Assembly: GCA_047947115.1 (NCBI GenBank)
Contig: CP170459.1
Span: forward strand, 3,296,001-3,360,000
Reading direction: 5' to 3'
DNA: 64,000 bases
From: Verrucomicrobiota bacterium
GTDB taxonomy: Bacteria > Verrucomicrobiota > Verrucomicrobiia > Limisphaerales > AAA164-E04
The translations under genes were made by a program, and so were the position numbers. Positions 30,000 to 40,542 of this stretch are shown piece by piece (position 1 is the stretch's first letter; each line of letters begins with the position of its first letter). The notes below the pieces were generated by a model, which had not been told where the DNA came from, made no database searches, and worked only from the letters and a program-made list of their open reading frames with translations.

Positions 30000-32900
30000 T
30001 CATTGAGGATGGGAAAAGCTCCATTCGTTGTTACGGTCAAACATTTCAACCTTTTGCCCATCGGGCCATTCAATGAGAACGCCTTTTACTTCCGGTCCAT
30101 GTCCCAGGATCTGACGATTCGGGGATTGCGACCAGTAACCGTCGCCGAGGTGTAATTCTCGAGCGGGGCCTTTGGAATCGTCTGCATAGATGAGCCTCAT
30201 CTTGGTTCCGATGGCTTGAAGGTTGTGAGGAGATCCAGTCAGGCGAATGGCGATTCCCGGTTTTCCGCTTTGGTTTTGATAGAGCAAGGTGGAAGCGTTG
30301 TTTTGAACAGCCACAAAATCAGGACGACGGTCGTGATTGAAATCAGCCACCGCCAGGCCTCGACCTTCTCCTCGAAGACGGATGCCGCTCGTTTGGGCGT
30401 CCTGGTATTTGAATGAACCGTCACCCTGACCGAACAACAATGCCCCTTGACCTGCGTCCTGCCGGCTGTCGAGTGCTGATACATCGAAGAAGTTTTGACT
30501 TAAAATCAAGTCTTCGCAGCCGTCTCCGTTGAAATCGCCCACTCCGAGTCCAAACACGGGCGCATATTGCGCCTCTTTGGGTAGAGGCTTGATGATAAAG
30601 CTTTCGCCACGGTTCAGGAGAAGGGTTGATTCGAAAAAACCTGCCTGAACAGATTCGAGTTTGAAGGGGAAAACGCTCAAAATCTCCTCCAGCGATGCAT
30701 CAGCAAATGCGCCAAAGGATGTGTAGGATTGCGAAAGCCAGGGCATCCAGGCTGAAAGGGTACCCCAATCGCGTATCGGCACCTGTTGCCCGGATGGTGG
30801 ATCAAAGCATGATTCCAAGACCGTCATTCCCCCTGGTCCTGAAGGTCCTCCGAAATGGATTTGTAACGGCTGCCGCTCGCGGGCGGCGTGTTCGTGATTG
30901 CAGCCCCAGTTTCCCGCGACAATGTCCATGCGCCCATCCCCGTCCGCATCCATGGTCGTCAGACTGGTCCACCATCCGGTTAATGCATCCAATGTGTGGG
31001 CATGATTCAAAGGAGATGTGTCATGGGGCCATTGGACGGTGATGTTGCTGGTTTTGTAAACTCCCTGTTCGTTTTCGAAAACATGGATGGTTCCCCAGTC
31101 ACACGCCACGATTAATTCAGGCAAATGGTCTCCCAATAGATCACTGAACCCAGCGGCGCTGACTTGTCCCAATCCTTTTAAAAGTTCGCTGGTGGAACGA
31201 TCCAAGATCCAATTGCCACCGTCATTGCGATAAAGAAAACTGTCAGGTGGGTCGGGAAAACGTCCGGGTTGCATCCTGCCTCCCACAAACAAATCCAGGT
31301 CTCCATCTCCATCAACATCCGCCATGCTCATCGGTCCAATACTTGTCTGATCATTGCCATTGATGGTTTTTGTTTTCCCGGTAACCATGGAAAAATGAGT
31401 GAAAGCCGGAATGCCGAGTTGTGTTGCTTCGGTTGAAGATTGTCCCATGATCAGAGCGATGTTGTCTTTATCATGTTTCCACGCGAGAACGGTGGTTTGA
31501 TCGTGAGCCAAGGGAGTTTCGAAGGCCTTGGCCCGCTGTCGTACAAACCGTTGCCCGCTGTCGTTTCTGTATACGCCCAGTTTCCCGCCCTTGCTGCCAC
31601 CGATAAACAGATCTTCCCATCCATCCTGATTGAAATCAAACCAGGCGATCCCGGGCCCCAGTCGACTCATTTTTCGAGGCTGCAATGCCTGGCGTTGAAA
31701 GTCATCATGGGGAGCTTCGACATGTTGATGATTCAGTTGGCTGGAGACATCTTCAAAAAAGGGTGCAGGTTCGGAGGACGGGTTGGTGTTGTGTGGTCCT
31801 TGATGGCTGCCCGATGCCTGTATGATGTTGTAAATGCGGTTGGCGGCGAGGTTTTCGATGCGCTGGGAAACTCCATTGGGCCAGAGCACCTCGATCGAGG
31901 CCCGGGCCGAAGAGGATTGTATCGCAAAAGTTCGGGTGGCTTGATCGCTCGATAAATAGCGTCCTCCTGCCATGATGGTTTGAGTTTGGATTGGGAGCCC
32001 GGGTGATTGAACGGTCATTTTGGCTCCAATCCCCTGGGTGTTAGGAGACGTGCCCTTGAGCTGTATGCGGATGCGCGCCTGCCCTGCGTTGTTGCGGTAG
32101 ATCAGGGGAGCATGGTTCAGGCAGTTAACCACCGCGTCGAGATCCCCGTCATTGTCGAGATCGGCCAGCGCCATGCCATGGGATACTTGTGTGGCGTCAA
32201 ATCCCCATTCACTTCCCAGTTCGGTGAAGGTCCCGTCTCCATTATTCCGAAATGCCACGTTGGGTGTGTAAAGGATAGGGAACTTTTTGCGTAAGGCGAT
32301 TTGCTCCGGGTGGGAGAGATGCTGACTTTTGGTGGCTTCATCCAACTGTCGCGCGACATCCGCGTTTTGGGCGTCGCGCCAGTGTCCGGTGGTGATCAGT
32401 AAATCTTCGTAGCCGTCCAGATCCACATCCAGAAAGACCGGACACCACGACCATTCAGACGCTTCCACCCCGGCGTAACGGGCCAGCTCGGCGAAGGTGC
32501 CATCGTTTTGTTGCAACAGGAGTGTGTTTCGGGGGGATTGAGGCCGGCCGGAAAGGCTGTCACGAAACTGGCTGAACGCGGTTCCGTCCATGACCTGCAC
32601 CATGCGGCGCTTGTGCGATCGGCTCAACATGTCTGCCACAAAGAGATCATCCAGCCCGTTGCGATCGATGTCTGCGAAATCGAGTCCCATGGAGAACAGG
32701 CTTGTCTGACGAAGCGTGGTGTTGTCGGCTTCCTTGAACCGTCCCTTACCCTGGTTGATCCAAAGCCGGTCGGGCGATTGGAAATCATTGCAGACATACA
32801 AATCCGGAGCGCCATCCCCATTTGTATCCCGAAACATGGCCGAGAGTCCCCAATCAAAGGGCGTTGATGCGGGGTTTCCATCGACGTCCAGAAAACTCCC

Positions 32901-33731
32901 CGTTTCCCATGAAACCGCCTCGAAACCTACCTTTCCAGTGTGTAAGTATAATTGATCCGGCTGACCATTCTCAAGCACACCATTTGTCCGGTCAAAAGTG
33001 AACCTTCCTTTTAGTTCGGGACTGTCTGAGGGTTGCCCGTTGAAGGAAATGAGTTTGTAGGCCCCGTTTTCCATGCGGATGTCGAATTGACCCGGCGGCA
33101 TGTCGCGCATGGTTTCGTTGCGGTAATGAACAACATAAAGATCCAGCCACCCGCTGCCGTCGACGTCGGCCAAGGCCATGGAGGCTCCGGCTTGTGTGCC
33201 TTTCAGATGCCAGGTGTCGGTGTTTTCGGTAAAGGCTCCGGTTCCGTCGTTCAGAAAAAGTCGAACACCACGGCGATGTCCTGTGACCAATAAGTCCAGA
33301 TCCTGATCCCCATCCATGTCGGCCAGCATGGCTCCGGTGGAGGATTGGTCAATGCATGCAGCACCTCCGGCATTGGGCTGTTCCTTGAAATGCCAGTTTC
33401 CTTCTCCCAAAAACAGCTTGTTCGGACTGTCCAAACAGCAAAAATAAAGATCACACCAGCCGTCACCGTTGACATCGCCTGCTGCGACTCCGGAACCGTT
33501 CAGGAGGATTTGATTTTGGATGCCTCGCTCTGCATCAAGGTTGTTTGTGAAGTTGACACCTGCCGTTTCACCTTTGATCAGGCTGAAACCGACTTGTTTA
33601 TCTGGCTGAGGTGGAATGGGTGCCCAATCGTATCCTTCTTCGTGGGACCATGATTGTCCATAGCTCAGGATGCTTGTTTTGCATAAAAGCAAAACGAAAC
33701 CAAGCAATGCTGTTCTCATCCATCCGGGCAT
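30000..33731 (-). CDS. FG-GAP/VCBS repeat protein with two ASPIC/UnbV modules (CRTAC1-like)
   Basis: Many DxDGDGxxDL repeats; NTQGIGAK...GGRYLSS and NLQAIGTK...GDGYWSQ, WPNG/WPDG. Confidence 0.9.
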   Translation of the reverse strand: MPGWMRTALLGFVLLLCKTSILSYGQSWSHEEGYDWAPIPPQPDKQVGFSLIKGETAGVNFTNNLDAERGIQNQILLNGSGVAAGDVNGDGWCDLYFCCLDSPNKLFLGEGNWHFKEQPNAGGAACIDQSSTGAMLADMDGDQDLDLLVTGHRRGVRLFLNDGTGAFTENTDTWHLKGTQAGASMALADVDGSGWLDLYVVHYRNETMRDMPPGQFDIRMENGAYKLISFNGQPSDSPELKGRFTFDRTNGVLENGQPDQLYLHTGKVGFEAVSWETGSFLDVDGNPASTPFDWGLSAMFRDTNGDGAPDLYVCNDFQSPDRLWINQGKGRFKEADNTTLRQTSLFSMGLDFADIDRNGLDDLFVADMLSRSHKRRMVQVMDGTAFSQFRDSLSGRPQSPRNTLLLQQNDGTFAELARYAGVEASEWSWCPVFLDVDLDGYEDLLITTGHWRDAQNADVARQLDEATKSQHLSHPEQIALRKKFPILYTPNVAFRNNGDGTFTELGSEWGFDATQVSHGMALADLDNDGDLDAVVNCLNHAPLIYRNNAGQARIRIQLKGTSPNTQGIGAKMTVQSPGLPIQTQTIMAGGRYLSSDQATRTFAIQSSSARASIEVLWPNGVSQRIENLAANRIYNIIQASGSHQGPHNTNPSSEPAPFFEDVSSQLNHQHVEAPHDDFQRQALQPRKMSRLGPGIAWFDFNQDGWEDLFIGGSKGGKLGVYRNDSGQRFVRQRAKAFETPLAHDQTTVLAWKHDKDNIALIMGQSSTEATQLGIPAFTHFSMVTGKTKTINGNDQTSIGPMSMADVDGDGDLDLFVGGRMQPGRFPDPPDSFLYRNDGGNWILDRSTSELLKGLGQVSAAGFSDLLGDHLPELIVACDWGTIHVFENEQGVYKTSNITVQWPHDTSPLNHAHTLDALTGWWTSLTTMDADGDGRMDIVAGNWGCNHEHAARERQPLQIHFGGPSGPGGMTVLESCFDPPSGQQVPIRDWGTLSAWMPWLSQSYTSFGAFADASLEEILSVFPFKLESVQAGFFESTLLLNRGESFIIKPLPKEAQYAPVFGLGVGDFNGDGCEDLILSQNFFDVSALDSRQDAGQGALLFGQGDGSFKYQDAQTSGIRLRGEGRGLAVADFNHDRRPDFVAVQNNASTLLYQNQSGKPGIAIRLTGSPHNLQAIGTKMRLIYADDSKGPARELHLGDGYWSQSPNRQILGHGPEVKGVLIEWPDGQKVEMFDRNNEWSFSHPQ

Positions 33732-33843
33732 GTGGATATGTTATGAATTTTTTTTGCCAGGGAACCAGCAAAATGTATTTGAGCCAACGCTTGTCGAATC
33801 AGGACTCGACTTTTATGCGGGAATGATTTTTCTTAAAACAACC

Positions 33844-35781
33844 ATGTCCCACTTTCAGATCAATCCCTCTAAAATTCTGTCCATTGCATCCTTGATCCCT
33901 GTTGGCTGTTTCGGCTTGCCCAATGGAACGACCGCACAGGATGTTTCAGCGGAACATGCATATGCCATCAATCGACTGGAAGCCCGCCGCGTTTATCAGG
34001 AACAGTTGGCCCGGCAGATGAAAGCAAAGCACGACTTTGGATTTGTGGATGCGGTTCTATCCAGTGGCGTAAACTTTGAGCATCATGTGGTGGATGATGC
34101 GGGATTGACATACAAGGCGGCGCATTATGACCACGGCAACGCGGTTGCGGCGGCTGATGTGGATGGTGACGGATGGGTGGATCTCTACTGGACCACACAA
34201 GGCGGAGAAAATGAACTGTGGCGGAATCTTGGGAAGGGTCGCTTTGAAAACATCACTTCAAAGGCTGGGGTGGGTTTGAAGGATCAAATATCAGTAGGAG
34301 CCTCCTTTGCGGATGTCGATAATGATGGCGATGTTGATTTGTTTGTGACCACCGTTCGTTTTGGGAATTATTTGTTTCAAAACAAAGGTGATGGGACATT
34401 CGAAGACGTTACGAAGGCATCCGGGTTGAGTTACACGGGGCATTCTTCCGGAGCAGTCTTTTGGGATTACAACCGGGATGGATGGTTGGATCTTTTTGTG
34501 ACGAATGTCGGGAAATACACCATGGAGAGTCAGGGAAGGGGAGGTTTTTACGAAGCCTATCCGGATGCTTTTTCGGGGCACCTTTTTCCTGAGCGAACTG
34601 AAACCAGTATTTTGTATCAAGGGATGGGAAACGGGAAATTTAAGGATTTCACCGAGGAGACCGGGCTTAAGGACGGTAGTTGGAGCGGTGATTGTTCGTT
34701 TTCTGACGTGAATGGGGATGGCTTTCCAGACCTTTATGTTGTCAATATGCAGGGAGACGATCACTTTTATCTGAATCAAGCCGGGAAAACGTTTGTTGAA
34801 AAAGGTTCAGAATATTTTCCCAAAACACCGTGGGGTGCCATGGGAGTAAAGTTCTTCGATGCCAATCAGGATGGGAAACTCGATCTTTACATCACCGACA
34901 TGCATTCGGACATGAGTCAGGGGCAGACTGTTGAAGCGCTGCGGTTCCATCCGGACGCTGAAAAGGCCAAGAGTGAGGGGTTTTGTTCCGTGCAGTGGAC
35001 CGACGATTATTTGCAGGGTGCTTCCAATAACATTTTTGGCAACGCCCTTTATTTGAGTCAATCCAACGGCCGATACGCGGAAAGATCATCCTCATTCAAC
35101 GCCGAGACCTATTGGCCCTGGGGGTTCAGTGTGGGAGATTTGAATGCCGATGGTTTTGATGATGTGTTTGTCGCCGCAGGGATGGGGTATCCCTTTCGGT
35201 ATGGAATCAATTCCGTTCTTTTGAATGAAGGTGGTCGCCGGTTTTTCGATAGCGAGTTCGTGTTGGGTGTGGAACCGCGGGGAGACGGACGGACGGAAAA
35301 GGTTTGGTTCACCGTGGATTGTGACGACAAGGACAAAGACCACCGGGAATGTCAGGACCAAAGCGGGATGAAACCGGTGCTCGGCACCTTGAGCACTCGA
35401 TCATCCGTAATACTCGATGTGGATAAGGATGGTGATCTGGATATCGTGACCAATGAATTCAATGATCGCCCACAGATTCTGTTGAGTGATTTATCCAACA
35501 AATCACCCGCCAATTACCTTCAAATCAAGTTGCTTGGTAAAACCTCCAATCGGGATGCGTTGGGTGCCATGGTGACGGTGACAGTTGATGGAAAAGAGTT
35601 TGTTCAGTTACATGATGGCAAATCTGGTTATCTGGCGCAAAGCTCCATGCCGTTATATTTTGGTTTGGGACAATCAAAACAAGCAGAACGAATAAAAATA
35701 GTCTGGCCATCCGGCAAGGTGCAGGTGTTGAGCAAGGGGTTGAAAGCCGGGAAGACCTTAACCGTTGAAGAATCTGAATAG
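33844..35781 (+). CDS. CRTAC1-family ASPIC/UnbV protein
   Basis: DVDGDGWVDL, DVDNDGDVDL and DYNRDGWLDL repeats; SNRDALGAMVTV, GKSGYLAQSS.PLYFGLG, WPSG; start taken at ATG 33844 (33823 possible). Confidence 0.9.
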   Translation: MSHFQINPSKILSIASLIPVGCFGLPNGTTAQDVSAEHAYAINRLEARRVYQEQLARQMKAKHDFGFVDAVLSSGVNFEHHVVDDAGLTYKAAHYDHGNAVAAADVDGDGWVDLYWTTQGGENELWRNLGKGRFENITSKAGVGLKDQISVGASFADVDNDGDVDLFVTTVRFGNYLFQNKGDGTFEDVTKASGLSYTGHSSGAVFWDYNRDGWLDLFVTNVGKYTMESQGRGGFYEAYPDAFSGHLFPERTETSILYQGMGNGKFKDFTEETGLKDGSWSGDCSFSDVNGDGFPDLYVVNMQGDDHFYLNQAGKTFVEKGSEYFPKTPWGAMGVKFFDANQDGKLDLYITDMHSDMSQGQTVEALRFHPDAEKAKSEGFCSVQWTDDYLQGASNNIFGNALYLSQSNGRYAERSSSFNAETYWPWGFSVGDLNADGFDDVFVAAGMGYPFRYGINSVLLNEGGRRFFDSEFVLGVEPRGDGRTEKVWFTVDCDDKDKDHRECQDQSGMKPVLGTLSTRSSVILDVDKDGDLDIVTNEFNDRPQILLSDLSNKSPANYLQIKLLGKTSNRDALGAMVTVTVDGKEFVQLHDGKSGYLAQSSMPLYFGLGQSKQAERIKIVWPSGKVQVLSKGLKAGKTLTVEESE

Positions 35782-35937
35782 TTTTTTAGACAGCCACTGC
35801 AGTCGCGGGATCTGCGAGATAGACAGGATAAACAGAATGGCTTCACAGAGTGCTGTGCTGGTTCTGAACCTAAAGTGTTCCTATGTCCTGACCTCACCCT
35901 CACCCCCTCATTCACTATTCACTATTTTTTATTCACC

Positions 35938-35973
35938 ATTTAAAAGGCCGGTTTCCCAAGGGAAACCGGCCTT
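35938..35973 (-). terminator. Rho-independent terminator of the 35997-40178 gene
   Basis: Perfect inverted repeat AAGGCCGGTTTCCC-AA-GGGAAACCGGCCTT (35944-35973); on the minus strand the GC stem runs into TTTTAAAT. Confidence 0.85.
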
Positions 35974-35996
35974 GCAGTTTTCAGATTGAGTATCGA

Positions 35997-38900
35997 TTAC
36001 TGAGCAATAAAGAATCGGTTGCCGTCTCCGATCTCGATGCTTGAGCTGGGCGGTGTAGCGCCTGCTACGGGAGTGAACGGCCCGGTGACCGTTGAGGATT
36101 CCAGTAACTGGTTGCCTGTCCATTCGATGACCAGATTGCCTTCCTGAACGGAGAAGCTGCTGATCTCGGCCGCTGCGACAAATGGGACGGATCCACCTTT
36201 GATCACGGCATTGTCGAAGTTACCAATAGTCTGGTTGCCCTGGATTTCACCTGTTTCCGGATCAGCGCCACCCACATTGTCAGCATAGGCACCGATGCCA
36301 AACTGCAATCCGCTGGAGAACGGGAAGTCAATTTCGACTCCGAACACGTCATCCAGGAACAATTTGGCGGTGGCACCGTTCAGGGTGATTTTCATCCGAT
36401 GATCGCCTCCATTATCAAAAGGAGGTCCATCGAAGGCGGGAATGTTGACACCGATGCCGGTCGCATCGTCGTCCGGAGCGCCCGTTACCTTGTTGTAGTG
36501 CCAGCCGTAGTTGCGTCCATCATGGGTGGTGTAATCGTTGAACAGGATGAAGTTTCCATTTCCATCGCGAACCCACAGACCGGTTCTTGATTCCGAACCG
36601 GTTCCTTCTTCAAGCACGAAGTCGACATTGGATCGGTCGATTTCGAAGGTCAGCGGTTCCGCAGAACTTGCGGAATAACTGTCGACCGTGAAGATGGCAA
36701 TACCCGGCCACAGTGCTTGTTCCACTTCCACATGAATAACCACTTCACCGTTTTCGAAACGAATTTCGGATTCGGGAGCAGGTTTCAGGATGCCGCTTGG
36801 GTCGAAGGGGGTTTCGTCCACTGTCCATTTGCTGCCGTCCAACGATGCCCCGGAGAAATCATCGGTGAGGAACGTTTCCGGCACCGACACAATCTCCACG
36901 CTGACGGAACCATCCACACAGGCGCCAGCGTCATTCGTGGCGGTGAACGATGCAGAACCGAGCCCGACGGCGGAAACACCCACTGTTTGCTTGTTGGATG
37001 AACCAGCAGGGAAGGTCAAGGTGAGCGATCCGTTTGAAGCCCCTGCAGGAACCGCGACGGCAGGATTGTTACTGGTCAGGGTGACTGATACATCCGCCGA
37101 ATCGTTCAGCAGGCGAGGCACCGTGACAGTGATTTCGCCTCGCTCGGCCAGTGTGAGCAACACATTTGACGGAGACAGGTCGATGCACGGAATCACGTTT
37201 TCGATTTTGACGTTGTCAAAAAGTCCGATCACATCATCGTCCGCATTCTGTGCATAAGCGCCCAGTTCAACGTGAATGCCGGCGCTGACTTCGAAGGCAA
37301 ATTCACCGCCGGAAACACCATCCACAAAGACTTCGACGGTGCTGCCGTTTGCCACGAGTTTCAACTGGTGTTCCCCAAAGTCCTCGAAAGGAGCAAATGC
37401 GGCGATAATCGTGCCTCCTCCGGTAGGTGAACCGGGATTGGTGTTCACTCGCCACGCGGCATTGTTGGCGTCATCCAGTTCCTGTGACAGGAAAACGAAT
37501 CGGGAGCGATCGTCGTTGGTGAGGAATACACCGGTTCGACCGGCGGTTCCGAATTGATCAATGGAAACTCGATCCACTTCAACAACGAGGTTCAGATCTT
37601 CCGTTGCGAGATAGGAATCCACTGTCTTCAGCGAAGCACCCGCCCAGTTGGCCGTATCGACGATGCCTTCGATCTGTATTTGACCACCCGAGGCTTCCAC
37701 GGTGAAACTGCCGCTGCCATTACCGAAGGGTTCTTCGGAGATCTGCCAATTTGAGCCATCAATGGAACCGGCGAAATCGTCTTCCAAGACCACACCTGGG
37801 TCGGAAATGACCGCGACACTCAGGCGATTGCCGCCTGCGATGTCACCCTGGAGACTGAACTCAGTTCCACCAAGACTCACGCCTGAAATGCGGAACGTTT
37901 GTGAGTTGTCGCCTCCGGCAGGGAAGGTCAAGGTGAGTTTGCCGCCTGTTCCGCCTTCCGGTGTGGCGATGCCTGGATCGGCGCTCACGACTGTCACGGA
38001 CACGGCTCTTTGGGAGTTTAATCCTTGAGGAATGCGGACAGAAACAGGCTGGCTGGTTCCGCCTTCACGAACCCCGATGCCTCCGGGTGAGAACGTTGCT
38101 CCCCCTTCGCTCTCGATGACCAGGTTGTCCCAAACAACATTGGCATTGTCGTTGTTGGCACGTGCATAAGCACCGAAGTGGAAAACAACTGGTGAAAAAG
38201 GGAAGGGAACTTCAGCTCCTTCGACTCCATCCAGAAGCAGTTTCACTGTTTGGCCGTTGGCCACCATGCTCATGTTGTGCAGTCCCGTGTCGCCATCCAA
38301 TGAATCGAAGGCTGCAATGTTCGCTCCACCGCCGGTCGGGGTATCGCCTTCCTGCCCGATTTTTCGGTTGAATTGCCATCCGTTTTCCCCCGCATTTTGG
38401 GCAAAGAGAACATAATTGGATTGAGATTCATCAAGGATCCATAAGGCACTACGCGTGGCAGTGCCGACATCTTCTACCGATACGCGGTCGATGGAAATGG
38501 TGATTTTTTCCGAATCGGAAGGAGCAAATGTCGGAACGATCTGCAAGGTGCCACCTGACCACCATTGTTGGGTCGTTGTGCCAACGAATCGCATCACTCC
38601 ATCGCCAGGTTCTCCACGAATATCACCTACACCGCCTTCGAAGAACGGGGAACCGGCGACGTATTTAGCGGGATTGATGTCATTTGATTCGAAGTCATCG
38701 GAGAAAACAATGTTGCTTTGTTGGGGCACTCCGACGATTTCCAAATTGTCCCAGGTAACGTTTGCCTGATCATTATTAGCCCGAGCATATGCTCCGAAAT
38801 GGAAGACCACGGGAGAAAACGGGAATGGAACTTCGGCTCCTTCTTCGCCGTCGAGGAGGAGTTTTACGGTGGAACCGTTTGCTACAATGCTCATGCGATG

Positions 38901-40178
38901 CAGTCCAAGGTCCCCGTCCAACGAATCAAATGCCGCGATGTTGGAGCCTCCACCGGTAGGGTTGTCCCCGGCCTGGCCTATTTTTCGATTGAACTGCCAG
39001 CCGTTTTCACCTGCATTTTGAGCAAATAGCACATAATTGGTTTCTGATTCGTCAAGAATCCATAGTGCGCTGCGAGCAGCTGTTCCCACATCGGTGACCT
39101 CCACCCGGTCAATGGAAGCAGTCACAGGAGCATCCTGGGTGGGGGCGAATGTTTCTTTGATGCGAAGCGTGCCGCCTGACCACCATTGTTGAGTGGTGGT
39201 GCCTGTGAAGCGCATGACCCCGTTTCCAGCTTCCGCATGGATGTCGCCTACACCACCTTCGAAGAAGGGTGCTGCAGGTTCAAATTTAGCTGCATCAATC
39301 GAATCTGATTCAAAGTCGTCCTCAAAAAGAGTGGTGGTTCTGACCACGGTTTCAATGGTTAGATTATCCCAGGTCACATTCGCGGCGTCATTGTTCGCTC
39401 GTGCGTAGGCGCCGAAATGGAAGACCACGGGAGAAAACGGGAATGGAACTTCGGCCCCTTCTTCGCCGTCGAGGAGGAGTTTCACGGTGGAACCGTTTGC
39501 CACAATGCTCATGCGATGGAGTCCGAGATCACCGTCCAGCGAGTCAAACGCAACGATATTGGAGCCCCCACCGGTGGGATTGTCCCCGGCTTGGCCTATT
39601 TTTCGATTGTATTGCCAGCCGTTTTCTCCGGCATTTTGAGCAAAGAGCACGTAGTTGGTTTCCGATTCATCAAGAATCCAGAGCGCGCTTCGCTCGGCAG
39701 TTCCGACGTCTGCTATTTCAACTCGGTCGATACTTGCTGTTACCGGAGTGTCAGGTGTGGCATCGAACGTTTCCTTGATTCGGAGTGTTCCACCTGACCA
39801 CCACTGCTGGGTGGTGGTGCCGACAAATCGCATGACACCATCTCCCGCTTCCGCGTGAATGTCTCCTACACCACCCTCAAAAAAGGGGGAAGCCTCCTCG
39901 AATTTGGAGCTGTCAATGGTGTTCGATTCGAAGTCGTCCTGGAAGACAACCGTGGATACTTGTGCGTTTGCTTTCTGGATTTGACCGACAAATCCAACCC
40001 ATAGTGCACACACAAGTGCGAAACTGAGCTTGCCGTGATGCCGCCAGAAGGCGTTTTCACGCAGCTCATTCATGTGGTTTGCTTTTATGTCCATGTGTTT
40101 GTTTAGATTAAGGTTGTGCGCCGGTTGGTACACAACCACCTTTTTGGGGCACAATTCACCCCGGTTAATGGTTAGCAC
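35997..40178 (-). CDS. Large secreted protein: five approximately 205-aa 'DDF' lectin-like repeats, two Ig-like spacers and a C-terminal 'RFF' domain
   Basis: Repeats start FxDDFES/DDFAG/DDFSG; the signal peptide ends near KANA-QV; the true start is probably downstream (about 40094 or 40073). Confidence 0.85.
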   Translation of the reverse strand: MLTINRGELCPKKVVVYQPAHNLNLNKHMDIKANHMNELRENAFWRHHGKLSFALVCALWVGFVGQIQKANAQVSTVVFQDDFESNTIDSSKFEEASPFFEGGVGDIHAEAGDGVMRFVGTTTQQWWSGGTLRIKETFDATPDTPVTASIDRVEIADVGTAERSALWILDESETNYVLFAQNAGENGWQYNRKIGQAGDNPTGGGSNIVAFDSLDGDLGLHRMSIVANGSTVKLLLDGEEGAEVPFPFSPVVFHFGAYARANNDAANVTWDNLTIETVVRTTTLFEDDFESDSIDAAKFEPAAPFFEGGVGDIHAEAGNGVMRFTGTTTQQWWSGGTLRIKETFAPTQDAPVTASIDRVEVTDVGTAARSALWILDESETNYVLFAQNAGENGWQFNRKIGQAGDNPTGGGSNIAAFDSLDGDLGLHRMSIVANGSTVKLLLDGEEGAEVPFPFSPVVFHFGAYARANNDQANVTWDNLEIVGVPQQSNIVFSDDFESNDINPAKYVAGSPFFEGGVGDIRGEPGDGVMRFVGTTTQQWWSGGTLQIVPTFAPSDSEKITISIDRVSVEDVGTATRSALWILDESQSNYVLFAQNAGENGWQFNRKIGQEGDTPTGGGANIAAFDSLDGDTGLHNMSMVANGQTVKLLLDGVEGAEVPFPFSPVVFHFGAYARANNDNANVVWDNLVIESEGGATFSPGGIGVREGGTSQPVSVRIPQGLNSQRAVSVTVVSADPGIATPEGGTGGKLTLTFPAGGDNSQTFRISGVSLGGTEFSLQGDIAGGNRLSVAVISDPGVVLEDDFAGSIDGSNWQISEEPFGNGSGSFTVEASGGQIQIEGIVDTANWAGASLKTVDSYLATEDLNLVVEVDRVSIDQFGTAGRTGVFLTNDDRSRFVFLSQELDDANNAAWRVNTNPGSPTGGGTIIAAFAPFEDFGEHQLKLVANGSTVEVFVDGVSGGEFAFEVSAGIHVELGAYAQNADDDVIGLFDNVKIENVIPCIDLSPSNVLLTLAERGEITVTVPRLLNDSADVSVTLTSNNPAVAVPAGASNGSLTLTFPAGSSNKQTVGVSAVGLGSASFTATNDAGACVDGSVSVEIVSVPETFLTDDFSGASLDGSKWTVDETPFDPSGILKPAPESEIRFENGEVVIHVEVEQALWPGIAIFTVDSYSASSAEPLTFEIDRSNVDFVLEEGTGSESRTGLWVRDGNGNFILFNDYTTHDGRNYGWHYNKVTGAPDDDATGIGVNIPAFDGPPFDNGGDHRMKITLNGATAKLFLDDVFGVEIDFPFSSGLQFGIGAYADNVGGADPETGEIQGNQTIGNFDNAVIKGGSVPFVAAAEISSFSVQEGNLVIEWTGNQLLESSTVTGPFTPVAGATPPSSSIEIGDGNRFFIAQ

Positions 40179-40542
40179 ATTGCTGTTTATGTTCTGGAAT
40201 CGGACAGATTTACTCAGAAAAGGCTGAGCTTGTCAAATTTTCCTTACACAACAAATCAAGCTCAATCGAGCGCCTTCAGAGCATTCCGTGGCAGAGGTTC
40301 CCTCTGCCGGGGGATTGGGCTATCGCTTTCCAAAAGCGCTTCCAAATCATCGCCGCGTTGAGTGGTTTTTGTGTGTTTTCCGGCCGCCTTACTGGATGAG
40401 TTAAACAGCAACATCCCAGATTGATAGAGTTTCATGGATAATGTTTGCATTATATCAAAGACTCCACAGGTTTTTTTCGAAATGCCATTCCAACAATTCT
40501 TCCGATGCATCAGTTGATGTTGACTTTCAAATCACTTTTCAT

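Noticed and set aside
38700..39960. Near-identical repeats as a DGR template/variable pair
   Set aside because: Both copies are in-frame coding modules, and the differences look mostly synonymous rather than adenine-specific
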